Assembly (NCBI GenBank): GCA_963745075.1
Contig: CAVUWV010000031.1
Coordinates: forward strand, 224,001-288,000
Direction: 5' to 3'
Length of the DNA stretch: 64,000 nt
Source: Candidatus Hydrogenedentota bacterium
GTDB taxonomy: Bacteria > Hydrogenedentota > Hydrogenedentia > Hydrogenedentales > SLHB01
Of the stretch, positions 40,372 through 50,064 are shown in pieces. The translations under genes and the position numbers were made by a program. Each line of letters begins with the position of its first letter. The first letter of the stretch is position 1. The notes under the pieces were generated by a model. It was not told the origin of the DNA. It did not search any database and worked only from the letters and a program-made list of their open reading frames with translations.

Positions 40372-42984
40372 CTAATCCGGTTTCTGTGAGACGAACAGAC
40401 TCACGTAGCCGTCGTTGGTCGGGACGATGATATCGCTCAGCCCGTCCGCGTTCACGTCGGCGGCGATTGGGGCGCCCGCTCCGGCGGTGAGCGTCTTCTG
40501 CCAGACGACGACCGGATGATCGCCCCCATCGCGAACGGCGTAGAGCGTGCCGTGACTCGTCCCGAAGATGAACTCCTGTTGGCCGTCGCCGTCGATGTCG
40601 CAAGTGGCGACGTCGGTGCAAGATGCTTCAACGGGCAGTTCCCAGCGCACGGACCCGTCGGAAACGTTCAGGCATGCAAAGTTTCCGTTCTGACGACCAA
40701 ATCCGATGAGCCAGGTATCGTCGGGTAAACGCATGAACCCTTCTTCCGCACACCGTGCCTCGCCCGCGGGGGGCAATTTGTACCACATGGGCTTGGCGTG
40801 AAGCGACATGGCGGCCTGGAAGTAGTGGCCCGCCACAAGACAGACGATTGGATCTCCCTCCGGTCGATCGAGAATCGCGGGCAGCGTGTACAGACCCTGG
40901 CTGGGCTGATCGAAGATTTGGGGGGGGAACAGCGGACCTAGAAGCGGTTCGCCCGTCGGTCCATCGGCAATGCAGTAATAGTCCGGGTTCGTGAAAACGA
41001 GGTCCTCTTTGCCGTCGCCATTGAAATCGTAGACGGATGCCTGATTCACGCTGGGACCCCAATACCGTTCCAAGTTGGGCGTTTCGCCTTTGTCCCAAAC
41101 CATCTTGCCGGTCTTGCCCACCAACACCGTGCTCCGTACGAGCGGCGTGCCCGCCCAGAGATACAAGTCAGGATTCTTACCACCGGTGAAGCGCCCCGTC
41201 CTTACGTACGCTGCGCGCGTGGTGGCGGGCAGACCGGTCCGATCCGGAGGCGGCAATTCGGTGTGCCAAATCGTTTTCGATTCTCCGGCCAACGATCGTG
41301 CTTCGATGATGGGACAGTGACCGGGGGCAACGTCGGTCTCCACAATCTCATTGACGCCATCGCCATCGAGATCAGCGACCACGGGAACGGAGGTAGATTT
41401 GGACTCGAACTGCGCCTTGAATGCATTCCCATCGAGCGATAGCACGCGGACGGTGGGTTCCTGATACAAGACCACTTCGTAGGCCTCGTCACCGGTTAAA
41501 TCGGCGGCGAGCAGCTTCGGCATCGCGGGGCCAACGATGGCCGGTATATTGTGGAATTCCGGCCGTTCGGGCGGGGGTGGCGGAGTCCACGGGGCGAGCG
41601 TAACGCCGCCGTCCTTGCTGTAGGCGAGAGCATAGGTTGTGCCGTCTTTGGTCACGCGCGGTGTGCCGTCCCCGGCAAGGCTGATGGCCGTAGCATCCGC
41701 GTCTTCCCACAGCGTCTTCACGCCGTCGGCACAGGAGATAAGCCGGGCGCCTTCGAGTGCGGCTTGGGTCGGATCTTTGCACACGTTCGCGAGGATATCC
41801 CACGCGCCGTCGCCGTTGACATCCGCCGTCGCCACCGCGACGACATCGGGAATTCTGTACTTCATCTTACCGGTCACCGCGTCGTAGATGCGGGTGAGCC
41901 AGGCGTTGTCGTTTTCCGAGTTGTACATGGACACGACGATTTCCAATCCGCCGTCACCGTCCACGTCCACATCGGGTGGTTCCGCCCAGGTTGTCACCAC
42001 CTTGCCGGTGGTGACGCTTTCCGGCCAGCCGTAGCTCCAGGCCTTTTCCATGGTCCCGTTCTTATTCAGCAGTACCTCGTGGTGTTGCGAAAAATTGGCG
42101 ATGCAGAGAAAGTCTTCGCGGCCGTCGTGGTTGAGGTCGACGAACTTGACGAGCCCGTAGCTGCGAACATTGCCAGGCGACACGTCCCACTTGACGAACT
42201 GTTTCAGTTTTCCGGTAACGGCATCGAGAAACCACATGCGGCTGTGGGTTTCGACCACCAGTTCCTTCACACCGTCGCCGTCGAGATCGGTTCGAAGCAG
42301 ACTGGGAAAGCAGGTATATTCGCTGAAGTCGTAGCGCCACTGTTGTTGCGGGACGCGCGACGTGCCATCAAAGGCGAAGAGCGCGATGTACCCGTTGTCG
42401 TTATCCGGAGGATAGCCGTGCATAATGACGACGATCTGCTTGTCGGATCGGTCGGGAAGGTAGTGGTCCGTATACAGATACCACGCGTAGGACATGGGAT
42501 CGACGTCGTACCGCCAGATCAGGCTCCCGTCGTCGAGGGAGACCAGCGCGGCGGCACCATAGGGCTCGGCGGGCCGTCCCGCCTGGAGCAGAATCTCGAC
42601 GCTCCCGTCTCCGTTCAAATCTTCCGTGGCCGTGATCGCGCTGTAATTCAGCCCCGGGGGATGCGACTCCCACCGCAAGGCGCCGGATTGGTCAAAGCAC
42701 AACAGACGCCCCGAAACAAGCGATAGGCCGAGAATGGTGCCGTCGGCACGCGTGACCGGGGCCACACTGGGCTGGCTTCGGCCCAAATCGAACCGCGCGA
42801 ACGCCTCCGGGGCGAACGTCATCGCGCCGGGAAGGGGCTGGATGCCGGTGAGGTGCGGGTTTTGTCGCAGCTCCGGCCAGTCGCCGGGTGCGGCAAACAC
42901 CGCGCCGGTCACCATAAAGGCAACCACACACACAACGGCCACGCTTCGGAATCCCACGGTGACGGTTTGTGACAATCGTATCAT
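40372..42984 (-). CDS. Secreted FG-GAP/PQQ-like beta-propeller protein
   Basis: Signal peptide, GDWPELRQNPHLTG start, many D-x-[DN]-GDG loops; start uncertain. Confidence 0.8.
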   Translation of the reverse strand: MIRLSQTVTVGFRSVAVVCVVAFMVTGAVFAAPGDWPELRQNPHLTGIQPLPGAMTFAPEAFARFDLGRSQPSVAPVTRADGTILGLSLVSGRLLCFDQSGALRWESHPPGLNYSAITATEDLNGDGSVEILLQAGRPAEPYGAAALVSLDDGSLIWRYDVDPMSYAWYLYTDHYLPDRSDKQIVVIMHGYPPDNDNGYIALFAFDGTSRVPQQQWRYDFSEYTCFPSLLRTDLDGDGVKELVVETHSRMWFLDAVTGKLKQFVKWDVSPGNVRSYGLVKFVDLNHDGREDFLCIANFSQHHEVLLNKNGTMEKAWSYGWPESVTTGKVVTTWAEPPDVDVDGDGGLEIVVSMYNSENDNAWLTRIYDAVTGKMKYRIPDVVAVATADVNGDGAWDILANVCKDPTQAALEGARLISCADGVKTLWEDADATAISLAGDGTPRVTKDGTTYALAYSKDGGVTLAPWTPPPPPERPEFHNIPAIVGPAMPKLLAADLTGDEAYEVVLYQEPTVRVLSLDGNAFKAQFESKSTSVPVVADLDGDGVNEIVETDVAPGHCPIIEARSLAGESKTIWHTELPPPDRTGLPATTRAAYVRTGRFTGGKNPDLYLWAGTPLVRSTVLVGKTGKMVWDKGETPNLERYWGPSVNQASVYDFNGDGKEDLVFTNPDYYCIADGPTGEPLLGPLFPPQIFDQPSQGLYTLPAILDRPEGDPIVCLVAGHYFQAAMSLHAKPMWYKLPPAGEARCAEEGFMRLPDDTWLIGFGRQNGNFACLNVSDGSVRWELPVEASCTDVATCDIDGDGQQEFIFGTSHGTLYAVRDGGDHPVVVWQKTLTAGAGAPIAADVNADGLSDIIVPTNDGYVSLFVSQKPD

Positions 42985-43187
42985 GATCGAATGAATCCCG
43001 ATGGGTTTGAAGGTGAATGCGTGTATCCTACGCATTGGGCGCCGTCCATTGCCAGTTTGGCCGGGAGCGTTGGACCGTTCCAGCACCGGCGAGACAGGTC
43101 GCTACGGAGAAGAGTTGCACCGTGCGGTCGATGCAGATTAGGCTCAGACCGTATCTCTTTAAGGAATTAACCTATCACGGATATCCC

Positions 43188-43838
43188 ATGAAACGCTTCA
43201 TCTTGCCAATCGTAATCGTCGTCCTGTTGATTTTGACGCTGGTGTCGTTGACGGCCAATATCCACCTTGCGCAGTCGAAAACCACTACCGGCACTCAGTT
43301 TAGTCGCAGCAGTTCGAGTCAATCGGGTGTTGACCACACGATCGACGTGAACCGGGTCTTTCTCCACGTGGAGAACCGGGTCGGGATCGGGAGTGCTTTG
43401 GGCTGGGCAATCTGCGAGGATCTGGAGCAGCAGGGTGGTTTTGACGTCGTGTTGCTCAACAACGATCCCGGTGCCGACGACTATCCCCTGCTCCTGGTGG
43501 GAATTCGAAACAAGAAATCGTTCTGGACACCGTTCTACGCACACGCCTCGTTGCAGATCGTGGCGAAATATGCGTCATACACAACCGATATTTCATTGGA
43601 CGAAAGTCCTCCGATAAACTTCGATGGCAGCGAGGAGCAGGGAAATTTACCCATTCGCATGACCATGACGGTGGACGTAACGAATACGACCACCGGTCTC
43701 GTCACACTGCCGGCTCATCGACGCATGCTGGTGCAGGGACCCGCCTCTGAGATTACGCAGTATGTGCGAAAAGGAATCGACGAAGCCCTCGAAAAATCGC
43801 GCGGGGCCGCGGCCGCCAATCAGAACAAGCCTCAGTAA
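43188..43838 (+). CDS. Membrane-anchored/secreted hypothetical protein
   Basis: MKRFILPIVIVVLLILTLVSL hydrophobic N-terminus; no recognised domain. Confidence 0.6.
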   Translation: MKRFILPIVIVVLLILTLVSLTANIHLAQSKTTTGTQFSRSSSSQSGVDHTIDVNRVFLHVENRVGIGSALGWAICEDLEQQGGFDVVLLNNDPGADDYPLLLVGIRNKKSFWTPFYAHASLQIVAKYASYTTDISLDESPPINFDGSEEQGNLPIRMTMTVDVTNTTTGLVTLPAHRRMLVQGPASEITQYVRKGIDEALEKSRGAAAANQNKPQ

Positions 43839-43857
43839 GGGAAAGGATGCTGTCACC

Positions 43858-44238
43858 ATGAGCAAGACCATCGCCATCATTGGCGCATCGACCGATCGCA
43901 AGAAGTACGGCAACAAGGCTGTCCGGGCGTTTCGTGACGGGGGATGGACGGTCTACCCGATCAGTGCGAACGCCGACGAGGTGGAGGGGATTAAAGCGTA
44001 CAAGTCCATCACCGATGTGCCCACGCCAATCGACCGGGTCTCCATGTATGTGCCGGCGACGGTCGGGAAAACGCTGCTGGACGACATCCAAGCAAAGAAT
44101 CCCAGCGAGTTGTTCTTCAATCCGGGTTCGGAAGACGCGGAAATCCTGGAGGAAGCCAAGGCGCGCGGTCTGAACGCCATCAACGCGTGCAGCATCGTGA
44201 ATATCGGGTTGCGTCCGGAAATGTATCCCGACGAGTGA
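43858..44238 (+). CDS. CoA-binding protein (YccU-like)
   Basis: IAIIGASTDRKKYGNK, FFNPGSE; AAGGA RBS. Confidence 0.9.
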   Translation: MSKTIAIIGASTDRKKYGNKAVRAFRDGGWTVYPISANADEVEGIKAYKSITDVPTPIDRVSMYVPATVGKTLLDDIQAKNPSELFFNPGSEDAEILEEAKARGLNAINACSIVNIGLRPEMYPDE

Positions 44239-44249
44239 AGGGGATAGAA

Positions 44250-44361
44250 AGGGGCACGGGCGTCTCGCCCGTGGGCCTTGTTCGCGTGTTACGGGTGACG
44301 GCGGCTCGCGCGAGCCCTTGGATCGGATCCGAGATTTCACGGGCGAGACGCCCGTGCCCCT
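44250..44361. repeat. REP-like perfect 24-bp inverted pair between convergent genes
   Basis: AGGGGCACGGGCGTCTCGCCCGTG (44250-44273) / CACGGGCGAGACGCCCGTGCCCCT (44338-44361). Confidence 0.85.
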
Positions 44362-44384
44362 CTGCGCGGATTCTAAGTTGCCGG

Positions 44385-45614
44385 CTAAGCCTTTGTCAGC
44401 TCGATGATGCCGACTTCGGGCGGAACGCCGAGGCGGACCGGCAACATGGCGACGCCGACGCCCCGGGACACGAGCACCGGGCAATGCGGTCCCTGGCACA
44501 ATCCGCCGGCGTATTTCTGCCCGTACCGGCTGGGAACGACCGGCGTCCCCATGAACGGGATGCGCACTTGACCGCCATGGGTATGACCCGCGCACATGAG
44601 GTCGACGCGAATTCCGGCGGGCATTTCTTCGGCCACGTCCGGGTTGTGAGACATGAGAATGCGGGGAACGTGAGCGGGCACACCGTCCAGGGCTTTCGCC
44701 ACCGAGGGATTTCCATCCCACAAATCGTCTACGCCCGCGATGCACAGCGATGGGGCTGTGGGATAATCCTTCGCGAGACCGGTGGGCGTAAGGTACCGCC
44801 TGGCGTTCGTCAGCACGGGAATCCCGATTCGTTCGAGTTCCGCCACGGTTGTCTCCACACCGTCCCAGTAGTCGTGGTTTCCGAGGACCGCCACCGATCC
44901 GAAGCGTGAACGCAGCTTTCGCAGCACCCGAATTCCCGGCTCGATCGCGTTCTCACTTTTGTGGGAGAAATCGCCGGTCAGGATAACGAAGTCGGGTTTA
45001 AGATCCGACACGACTTGAACGGCATGTTCCAGATAGGGCAGCGCGATAAAGGGGCCGTAATGCAGGTCGGACATGTGGGCGATCCGCAGTCCTTCGAACT
45101 CGCTGGGCAGATCCTGGATTGGGAACCGGTAGGACACGACGTGCAACCGTTGCGGCGCAACCACGACCCCATAGGTCCCGGTGACGCCCGGGATCACGGC
45201 CCCAGCGCCGGCGGTAGCGAACCCCAGGAATTTGCGGCGTGTGAGCGCGCGGGCATCGTCCAGGCTCCTGTGTTCCTGCGTCACCGGCTGATTCCTATGC
45301 CGAATCCGCCGCAATGTGGACCGCATGAGCAGCCAGAGCGCGTACCAGAACCATGGCGCCACGAGGCACGAGAACATGGTCAAGCTGTTCGACCAATGGT
45401 GGTATTTGATGGGGAAGAAAATGGTCCCGACCGCGGCCGCCGGAAACTTCAGAATGAACGCCAACCGGTACAGGCTTCGGCCGAATTCGTTGTCCGTCCA
45501 CGAGTAGAGCGCTTCGGTCTGCAGGGTGATAAACAGCAGGATGACGCCAGCCGCAACGAGCGTCGCGACCACCTGGAGCGTCTTAACTATACGAGAGCGG
45601 TACATCCGCTTCAT
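44385..45614 (-). CDS. Membrane-bound metallophosphoesterase (YkuE/YaeI-like)
   Basis: SDLHYG, LTGDF, LGNHD, MSHNPD, AGHTHGGQV, VSRGVG. Confidence 0.9.
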   Translation of the reverse strand: MKRMYRSRIVKTLQVVATLVAAGVILLFITLQTEALYSWTDNEFGRSLYRLAFILKFPAAAVGTIFFPIKYHHWSNSLTMFSCLVAPWFWYALWLLMRSTLRRIRHRNQPVTQEHRSLDDARALTRRKFLGFATAGAGAVIPGVTGTYGVVVAPQRLHVVSYRFPIQDLPSEFEGLRIAHMSDLHYGPFIALPYLEHAVQVVSDLKPDFVILTGDFSHKSENAIEPGIRVLRKLRSRFGSVAVLGNHDYWDGVETTVAELERIGIPVLTNARRYLTPTGLAKDYPTAPSLCIAGVDDLWDGNPSVAKALDGVPAHVPRILMSHNPDVAEEMPAGIRVDLMCAGHTHGGQVRIPFMGTPVVPSRYGQKYAGGLCQGPHCPVLVSRGVGVAMLPVRLGVPPEVGIIELTKA

Positions 45615-45785
45615 TGTACCCGATAGTCGCGCTTTTGCGCGACCTGAATCGCCGGTCGAGACTTGGTCAGTAGCCTTAGTTCCAATTTGTTCCAATTTGG
45701 GGTGGCCAAAAGTTGGTCCGATTGGTATGCTGTTCTCTATCGAATTGCATGAAACTTCCAAGTCTACCGGCGAAGGGCGGTCTAA

Positions 45786-45980
45786 ATGATTGGTGCCGAT
45801 AAACTTCTGCATTTTTGGGTAAGTTTGCTCATCACCCAGGTCAGCCCCGGGCTGGCTTGGCTGGCGGGGGTCGGCAAAGAAACCTACGACGCCTTTTCCG
45901 GCGGTGTGGCCAGTGCCGGTGACTTAATTGCGGACGGTTTGGGAATACTATTTGGTGTGTGGGTGTCGCCTTTCTTTTAA
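45786..45980 (+). CDS. Small membrane protein, YfiM/DUF2279/VanZ-like
   Basis: DKLLHF...GKETYD...DLIADGLG pattern. Confidence 0.6.
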   Translation: MIGADKLLHFWVSLLITQVSPGLAWLAGVGKETYDAFSGGVASAGDLIADGLGILFGVWVSPFF

Positions 45981-46159
45981 GGCGGACTCGTGTTAAGCTG
46001 AAGTCCTGTTGCAAGGCATGTATTGAGTTCCGGTCCGGGTGGTTGCTGCCATGTCATCGAAGGAATGGATCGCATCCGGCCGGGTGTTTTCAAACGGCGA
46101 ATATGATAACCAATGGGGACACCCCGGTGCTTCCCAAACATCGAGAAGGAGCAGGGATT

Positions 46160-47002
46160 ATGAGCAAGAAACTCCTCCGGATTCTTAAACCTATTACGTT
46201 TATTGCAATCGCGGTTGTGGCAGCGGGAAGTTTTATCGCAGTAGCCGGTGACGGCACCTGTCCGTTGTCCGGGAAGACGGCCAAAGCTGAGGGCTCGTCG
46301 TGTAAAGACGGCACCTGTCCGCTGGCCGCCAAGGCGGCGAAAGCCGAAGGCGCGGAATGCGAAGGCGGTACGTGTCCGCTGGCAGCGAAGGCGGAATGTG
46401 AAGACGGCGTCTGTCCCATTACGGGCAAAAAGATGGCCGCGAAAGACGGCGAATGTGAAGGCGGGACCTGTCCCCTCGCGGCCAAGGCGGCCAAGGCCGA
46501 AGGTGCCGCGTGTGAAGGCGGTGTCTGCCCGAGCAATAGCAAGGACATCGTGAACACGGCGCTCGAAGACGGTTCCTTCTCGACGCTGCTGCTGGCGGCG
46601 CAAGCGGCGGGCATTATGGACAAGCTGAACTGCCCGCAGCCGAAGACGGTTCTGGCTCCGACCAACGAAGCGTTCCAGAAGATTCCGGCGGCCCAGTGGG
46701 CGGCGCTGTTGCAGGACAACGAAAAGTTGAAGGCCGTCCTGAGCCGTCACATCATTGACGGCGCCATTCCGGCCGCCGATTTGGCCACGGACAAGGCTGT
46801 GTGCCCGACCCTCGGCGCGAAGCGTTGCCCCGTGAGCGGCAAGACCACCATCGGATCCGCGAACATCGTGCATGCGGACATCGCCGCGAGCAACGGGTAC
46901 ATCCACGCCATTGACAAGGTCCTCCTTCCGGAAGCCCCGGCAGTGGCCAAGGCCGACGCCACGGCCCAGCCCGAAGCGGTCAAGGTCGCCTCGGCGGAAT
47001 AA
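46160..47002 (+). CDS. Secreted fasciclin (FAS1) domain protein with Cys-rich N-terminal repeats
   Basis: AAGGAG RBS; signal peptide; KDIVNTA..FSTLL, TVLAPTNEAFQK, DIAASNGYIHAIDKVLLP. Confidence 0.88.
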   Translation: MSKKLLRILKPITFIAIAVVAAGSFIAVAGDGTCPLSGKTAKAEGSSCKDGTCPLAAKAAKAEGAECEGGTCPLAAKAECEDGVCPITGKKMAAKDGECEGGTCPLAAKAAKAEGAACEGGVCPSNSKDIVNTALEDGSFSTLLLAAQAAGIMDKLNCPQPKTVLAPTNEAFQKIPAAQWAALLQDNEKLKAVLSRHIIDGAIPAADLATDKAVCPTLGAKRCPVSGKTTIGSANIVHADIAASNGYIHAIDKVLLPEAPAVAKADATAQPEAVKVASAE

Positions 47003-47020
47003 GTAACTCGAGATATGCAT

Positions 47021-47059
47021 CGCGGCCCGCGGAATCTGTTGCGCGGGCCGCGTTTGTTT
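47021..47059 (+). terminator. Intrinsic terminator
   Basis: CGCGGCCCGCG / CGCGGGCCGCG stem then TTTGTTT. Confidence 0.7.
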
Positions 47060-47076
47060 CAAGCGAAGGTTCTCGG

Positions 47077-48395
47077 TTAACGTTCGCGAATTGCAAACAG
47101 CTTAGCCTGTTTCATTCGGAACCGAAGGATACAATCATCCGGTAAGGCCTTGCGCGGCCACGGCAATGGGAGCCGGGGTCCGCCGATGCCTTCGAGGCGA
47201 CGCGGCTCGATACCATCTACCGCCTTTCCGGAACCCCCGTCGAAGAGTTGCACCTCGATCCACCCGTTGGTCGCGTCCGCGTTCAGAGCCAGGTCGTTCC
47301 TCGGACGCTCGAAGGGTTGGGTCTTGAACGTCCCTTCCGCATCACCTGCGATGGCGGCGACCAGCCGGTCTTCGGGATAGGCGACGGTCACCATGCCGCC
47401 GTCTTTCCAGATGGCGAAGTGCATCTTGCCATTCAAGATGAAGGGGTCGGCGTAACTCCAGAAGCCGAGGTCCGTATCGCGATAGGGACGTTCCCAGGTG
47501 CGCGTATCCGGGCTGACGACAAGCTCGTACTTCAACTTGGCGCTGTGCTGTTTGGGCATCTCGGGGTCAGCGTAGTATTTCATAAGAAGCCCGGCGAAAC
47601 CGCTGCCGTATCGGAATACTTTCATGAGGTAAAACTCGGTTTCGGGTGGATCCTGGTCGTCGGGGCGCAGGAAGATATCCTGCGGCGTCCAGGTCTCGAG
47701 GTCATCCGACGTGCGGATGGACTGGACGCGTTTGAATTTGTCGAGATTATCGGAGTACGGCTTGTCTGGCCAGGGCTCCAGAGCGGTCTGGTAGACGATG
47801 TACTCGCCCTTCTCGTAAATCAGACTGAATGCGTCGTTGTGTTCTGTGAACACGGTGCCGGGCAGCTTTTCCCATTCCCGGCCGTCTTGGGAAACGGCCC
47901 GCATGGCGCCGGCTCTGGCCCGATTCGGGAGGGCTGATCCCAGTACAGCATCTGCAAGGCGCCTTCGGCCTCGACAATCTGAAACACGTTGAAGCCGCCC
48001 CAGGTTGGTTTGTACGGCGAGCGGCGCATGCACACGTTGTTCGGCCCGCCCCATGCCGGGGGATCGGGGTGGAGCTTCGGCAACGTCCATTTGCCGTCCC
48101 GGATTTCTCCCAGGCACAAGGTCCGCTGGTCCGAATAATCTTCAGCACTTTTTTCGACTCGCTGGTACCAGAACTGCACGGTGCCGTCATCCTGTGTGCG
48201 GGAAGCGACCGGGGCATACCAGAGGGAGGGACGATCGGGATTCTTCTCGAAGAGGACCATTCCCGGCTCAGGCTCAGGCGTTTGGGCCTCGAGTCGAATG
48301 CCTTGGGCGTCTACGAGATCTTCGGGTAGAAGCACCGGCATCGAGAATTCAGGACCGGCGCCGGCGAGTAACGTTACAGCGAGCCATACAATCAT
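47077..48395 (-). CDS. Secreted glycoside-hydrolase-like beta-propeller protein, frameshifted near 47925
   Basis: GAGGAG RBS, signal peptide (47820..48395); Asp-box-like SQDGREW, SDDLETW, SPDTRTW; C-terminal GTFKT..LALNADA domain (47077..48117). Confidence 0.65.
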
Positions 48396-48420
48396 GCGTT
48401 TGTCTCCTCAATCCGAAGGC

Positions 48421-48626
48421 GGAGTCCCGGTTTGGATAAGCGGCACGATCCGCTGCGTCAACCAGACGTGAACGACCGGACCCCAAGCGTGTGCCGCAGG
48501 TGCGGCAGGAACGAGAACCATGCGCGGCCTCGCGACGTTCGAACGCCCGCGAATCCCCTCCCCTTTCCTGGAATTGTGCTCCCGCGATAATCCACAACGA
48601 CACGCCTGGATTCAAACCGGTTTCGC
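48421..48626 (-). ncRNA. Rod-like structured RNA, 6S RNA (SsrS)-like candidate
   Basis: Nested helices by eye (48427-34/48613-20; 48450-57/48593-600; 48478-82/48589-93; 48507-11/48565-69; 48513-19/48552-58) with G-U pairs mostly on the minus strand; ~200 nt. Confidence 0.45.
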
Positions 48627-48733
48627 GCGGGCACAAGAAAACGCGCCACCTTGCGGCAGCGCGTGACGTAAACACGTAACGACGACGGCGGTCGCCGGAA
48701 ATGGTCCGGGATGCCACCGTCTTCGTACCGGGA

Positions 48734-49411
48734 TTATCCGCTACCCTCGGCCGGTTTTTCGGGCGAGGGTTTCGGCTTGGGCGGATCTTCCGGGTGGTCG
48801 CGCTCGCGGTCTCCGTCACGCGGGCCGCGAGGAGGAGTGCCGTCGCCATTCACGACGGCGTCGTGCCAGCGCTTGACCCGGTCGCCGCCAATTTCACGGG
48901 CCTTCATGATGAGGCGGCGCATGTGCCACTCGAAGTCTTGCGTGAATATATAGAGTTTCGCCCGCTGCGAAACGGTGAGGTCGGCGCCGGCTTTCTCGAA
49001 CGCTTCGCGCCGGGCGGCCTCGCGCCGATCGTCGATGGACATGAGTTGGTCGAGCAAGGGTTCGATTTCCGAATCCGAGGCGTGGTTATCCACTTTGTCG
49101 CGCAGCGTGTCGATCAACTCTCCGCGCTTCTCTCCCAAATCGGTCAGTTTATCGCGCAGTTCGCTGAAGTTGCGGACCATGAGGACGGTCTGCTCGTCGG
49201 AGAGGTCCAATTCGCGGGACATACGCACCATCATGACGGTCGTCACCATTTCGCGGATTTCTTTGTCTTTCCACGCATCCGAACCGTCGCTTTCGCGGCG
49301 GCTGCTTCCGGTCTCCGCATTGGTATCGCATGCTGCGTCCTCGGCCAAGGCATACGAGATACCCGCGCCACATACCAACGCGCAGCAAATCAACGATCTC
49401 AGCAGTTTCAT
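48734..49411 (-). CDS. Periplasmic Spy/CpxP-like helical protein
   Basis: Signal peptide, ELDLSDEQ and LTVSQRAK motifs; third gene of ECF operon. Confidence 0.7.
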   Translation of the reverse strand: MKLLRSLICCALVCGAGISYALAEDAACDTNAETGSSRRESDGSDAWKDKEIREMVTTVMMVRMSRELDLSDEQTVLMVRNFSELRDKLTDLGEKRGELIDTLRDKVDNHASDSEIEPLLDQLMSIDDRREAARREAFEKAGADLTVSQRAKLYIFTQDFEWHMRRLIMKAREIGGDRVKRWHDAVVNGDGTPPRGPRDGDRERDHPEDPPKPKPSPEKPAEGSG

Positions 49412-50064
49412 ATCGTACTGTCCTCCGTCGCGTACTCGACAAGCAAATCTTTGAGCACGGCAATTTCGGTATCGTCCAGCGAGCCAATCATCGCGTCGAC
49501 GTCCTGGGTGTCCACCCCGGACGGTTCCGCCGACGCCAACCAGTCGATGCTTTCGATTACCGTGTCCACGGAATCATCATAGTCTGCGGTTCCAGCCTCT
49601 TCCCACAACGCGGAATCGTCCGGCATCGCTTCCGCCGGCTTGGAATACAAGTCATCCTCGAAGAGCGTCGCCAACGGACCGAGTGGTTCGTTGCTATGAC
49701 GGAGTTCGAGGACCGCCGCCACTTCGGGATCCCGGTCGCGACTCACCGGCACCCGGTGCGTTGCGATCCAGCCCGCGACAGCCACCAATAGCAGAACTGC
49801 GCCTCCCACGGACAACCGGCGTGCCACGCGGGGCCACTTCGACGCCCTCGGCGCTTCGCGAACTTCGGCCAATACGCGCGTTGAAAAGGCGGGATGGACG
49901 TCGGGCTCGGGCAAGGCCTGCAGATGCGTCGAGAGCTTGGACAGCTCCATGTACCGTCGCGCAGCCGCTTCGTCCTTCTGTAACAGCCGGGCGATGCGCC
50001 GGGGGTCCTTGGACTCGTCGTCCAGATAGGCTGACAATTCTTCGTTCAATCGTTTCTCGTTCAT
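49408..50064 (-). CDS. Putative anti-sigma factor
   Basis: ELSAYLDDE N-terminus, single TM, acidic periplasmic tail; ATGA overlap with sigma gene. Confidence 0.75.
   Translation of the reverse strand: MNEKRLNEELSAYLDDESKDPRRIARLLQKDEAAARRYMELSKLSTHLQALPEPDVHPAFSTRVLAEVREAPRASKWPRVARRLSVGGAVLLLVAVAGWIATHRVPVSRDRDPEVAAVLELRHSNEPLGPLATLFEDDLYSKPAEAMPDDSALWEEAGTADYDDSVDTVIESIDWLASAEPSGVDTQDVDAMIGSLDDTEIAVLKDLLVEYATEDSTI

Noticed and set aside
45981..46159. Riboswitch upstream of the fasciclin gene
   Set aside because: No recognisable aptamer consensus or terminator/anti-terminator arrangement.
48421..48626. tmRNA, SRP RNA or tRNA identity for the structured region
   Set aside because: No tRNA-like TTCGA..CCA end, no SRP domain IV motif, no cloverleaf.
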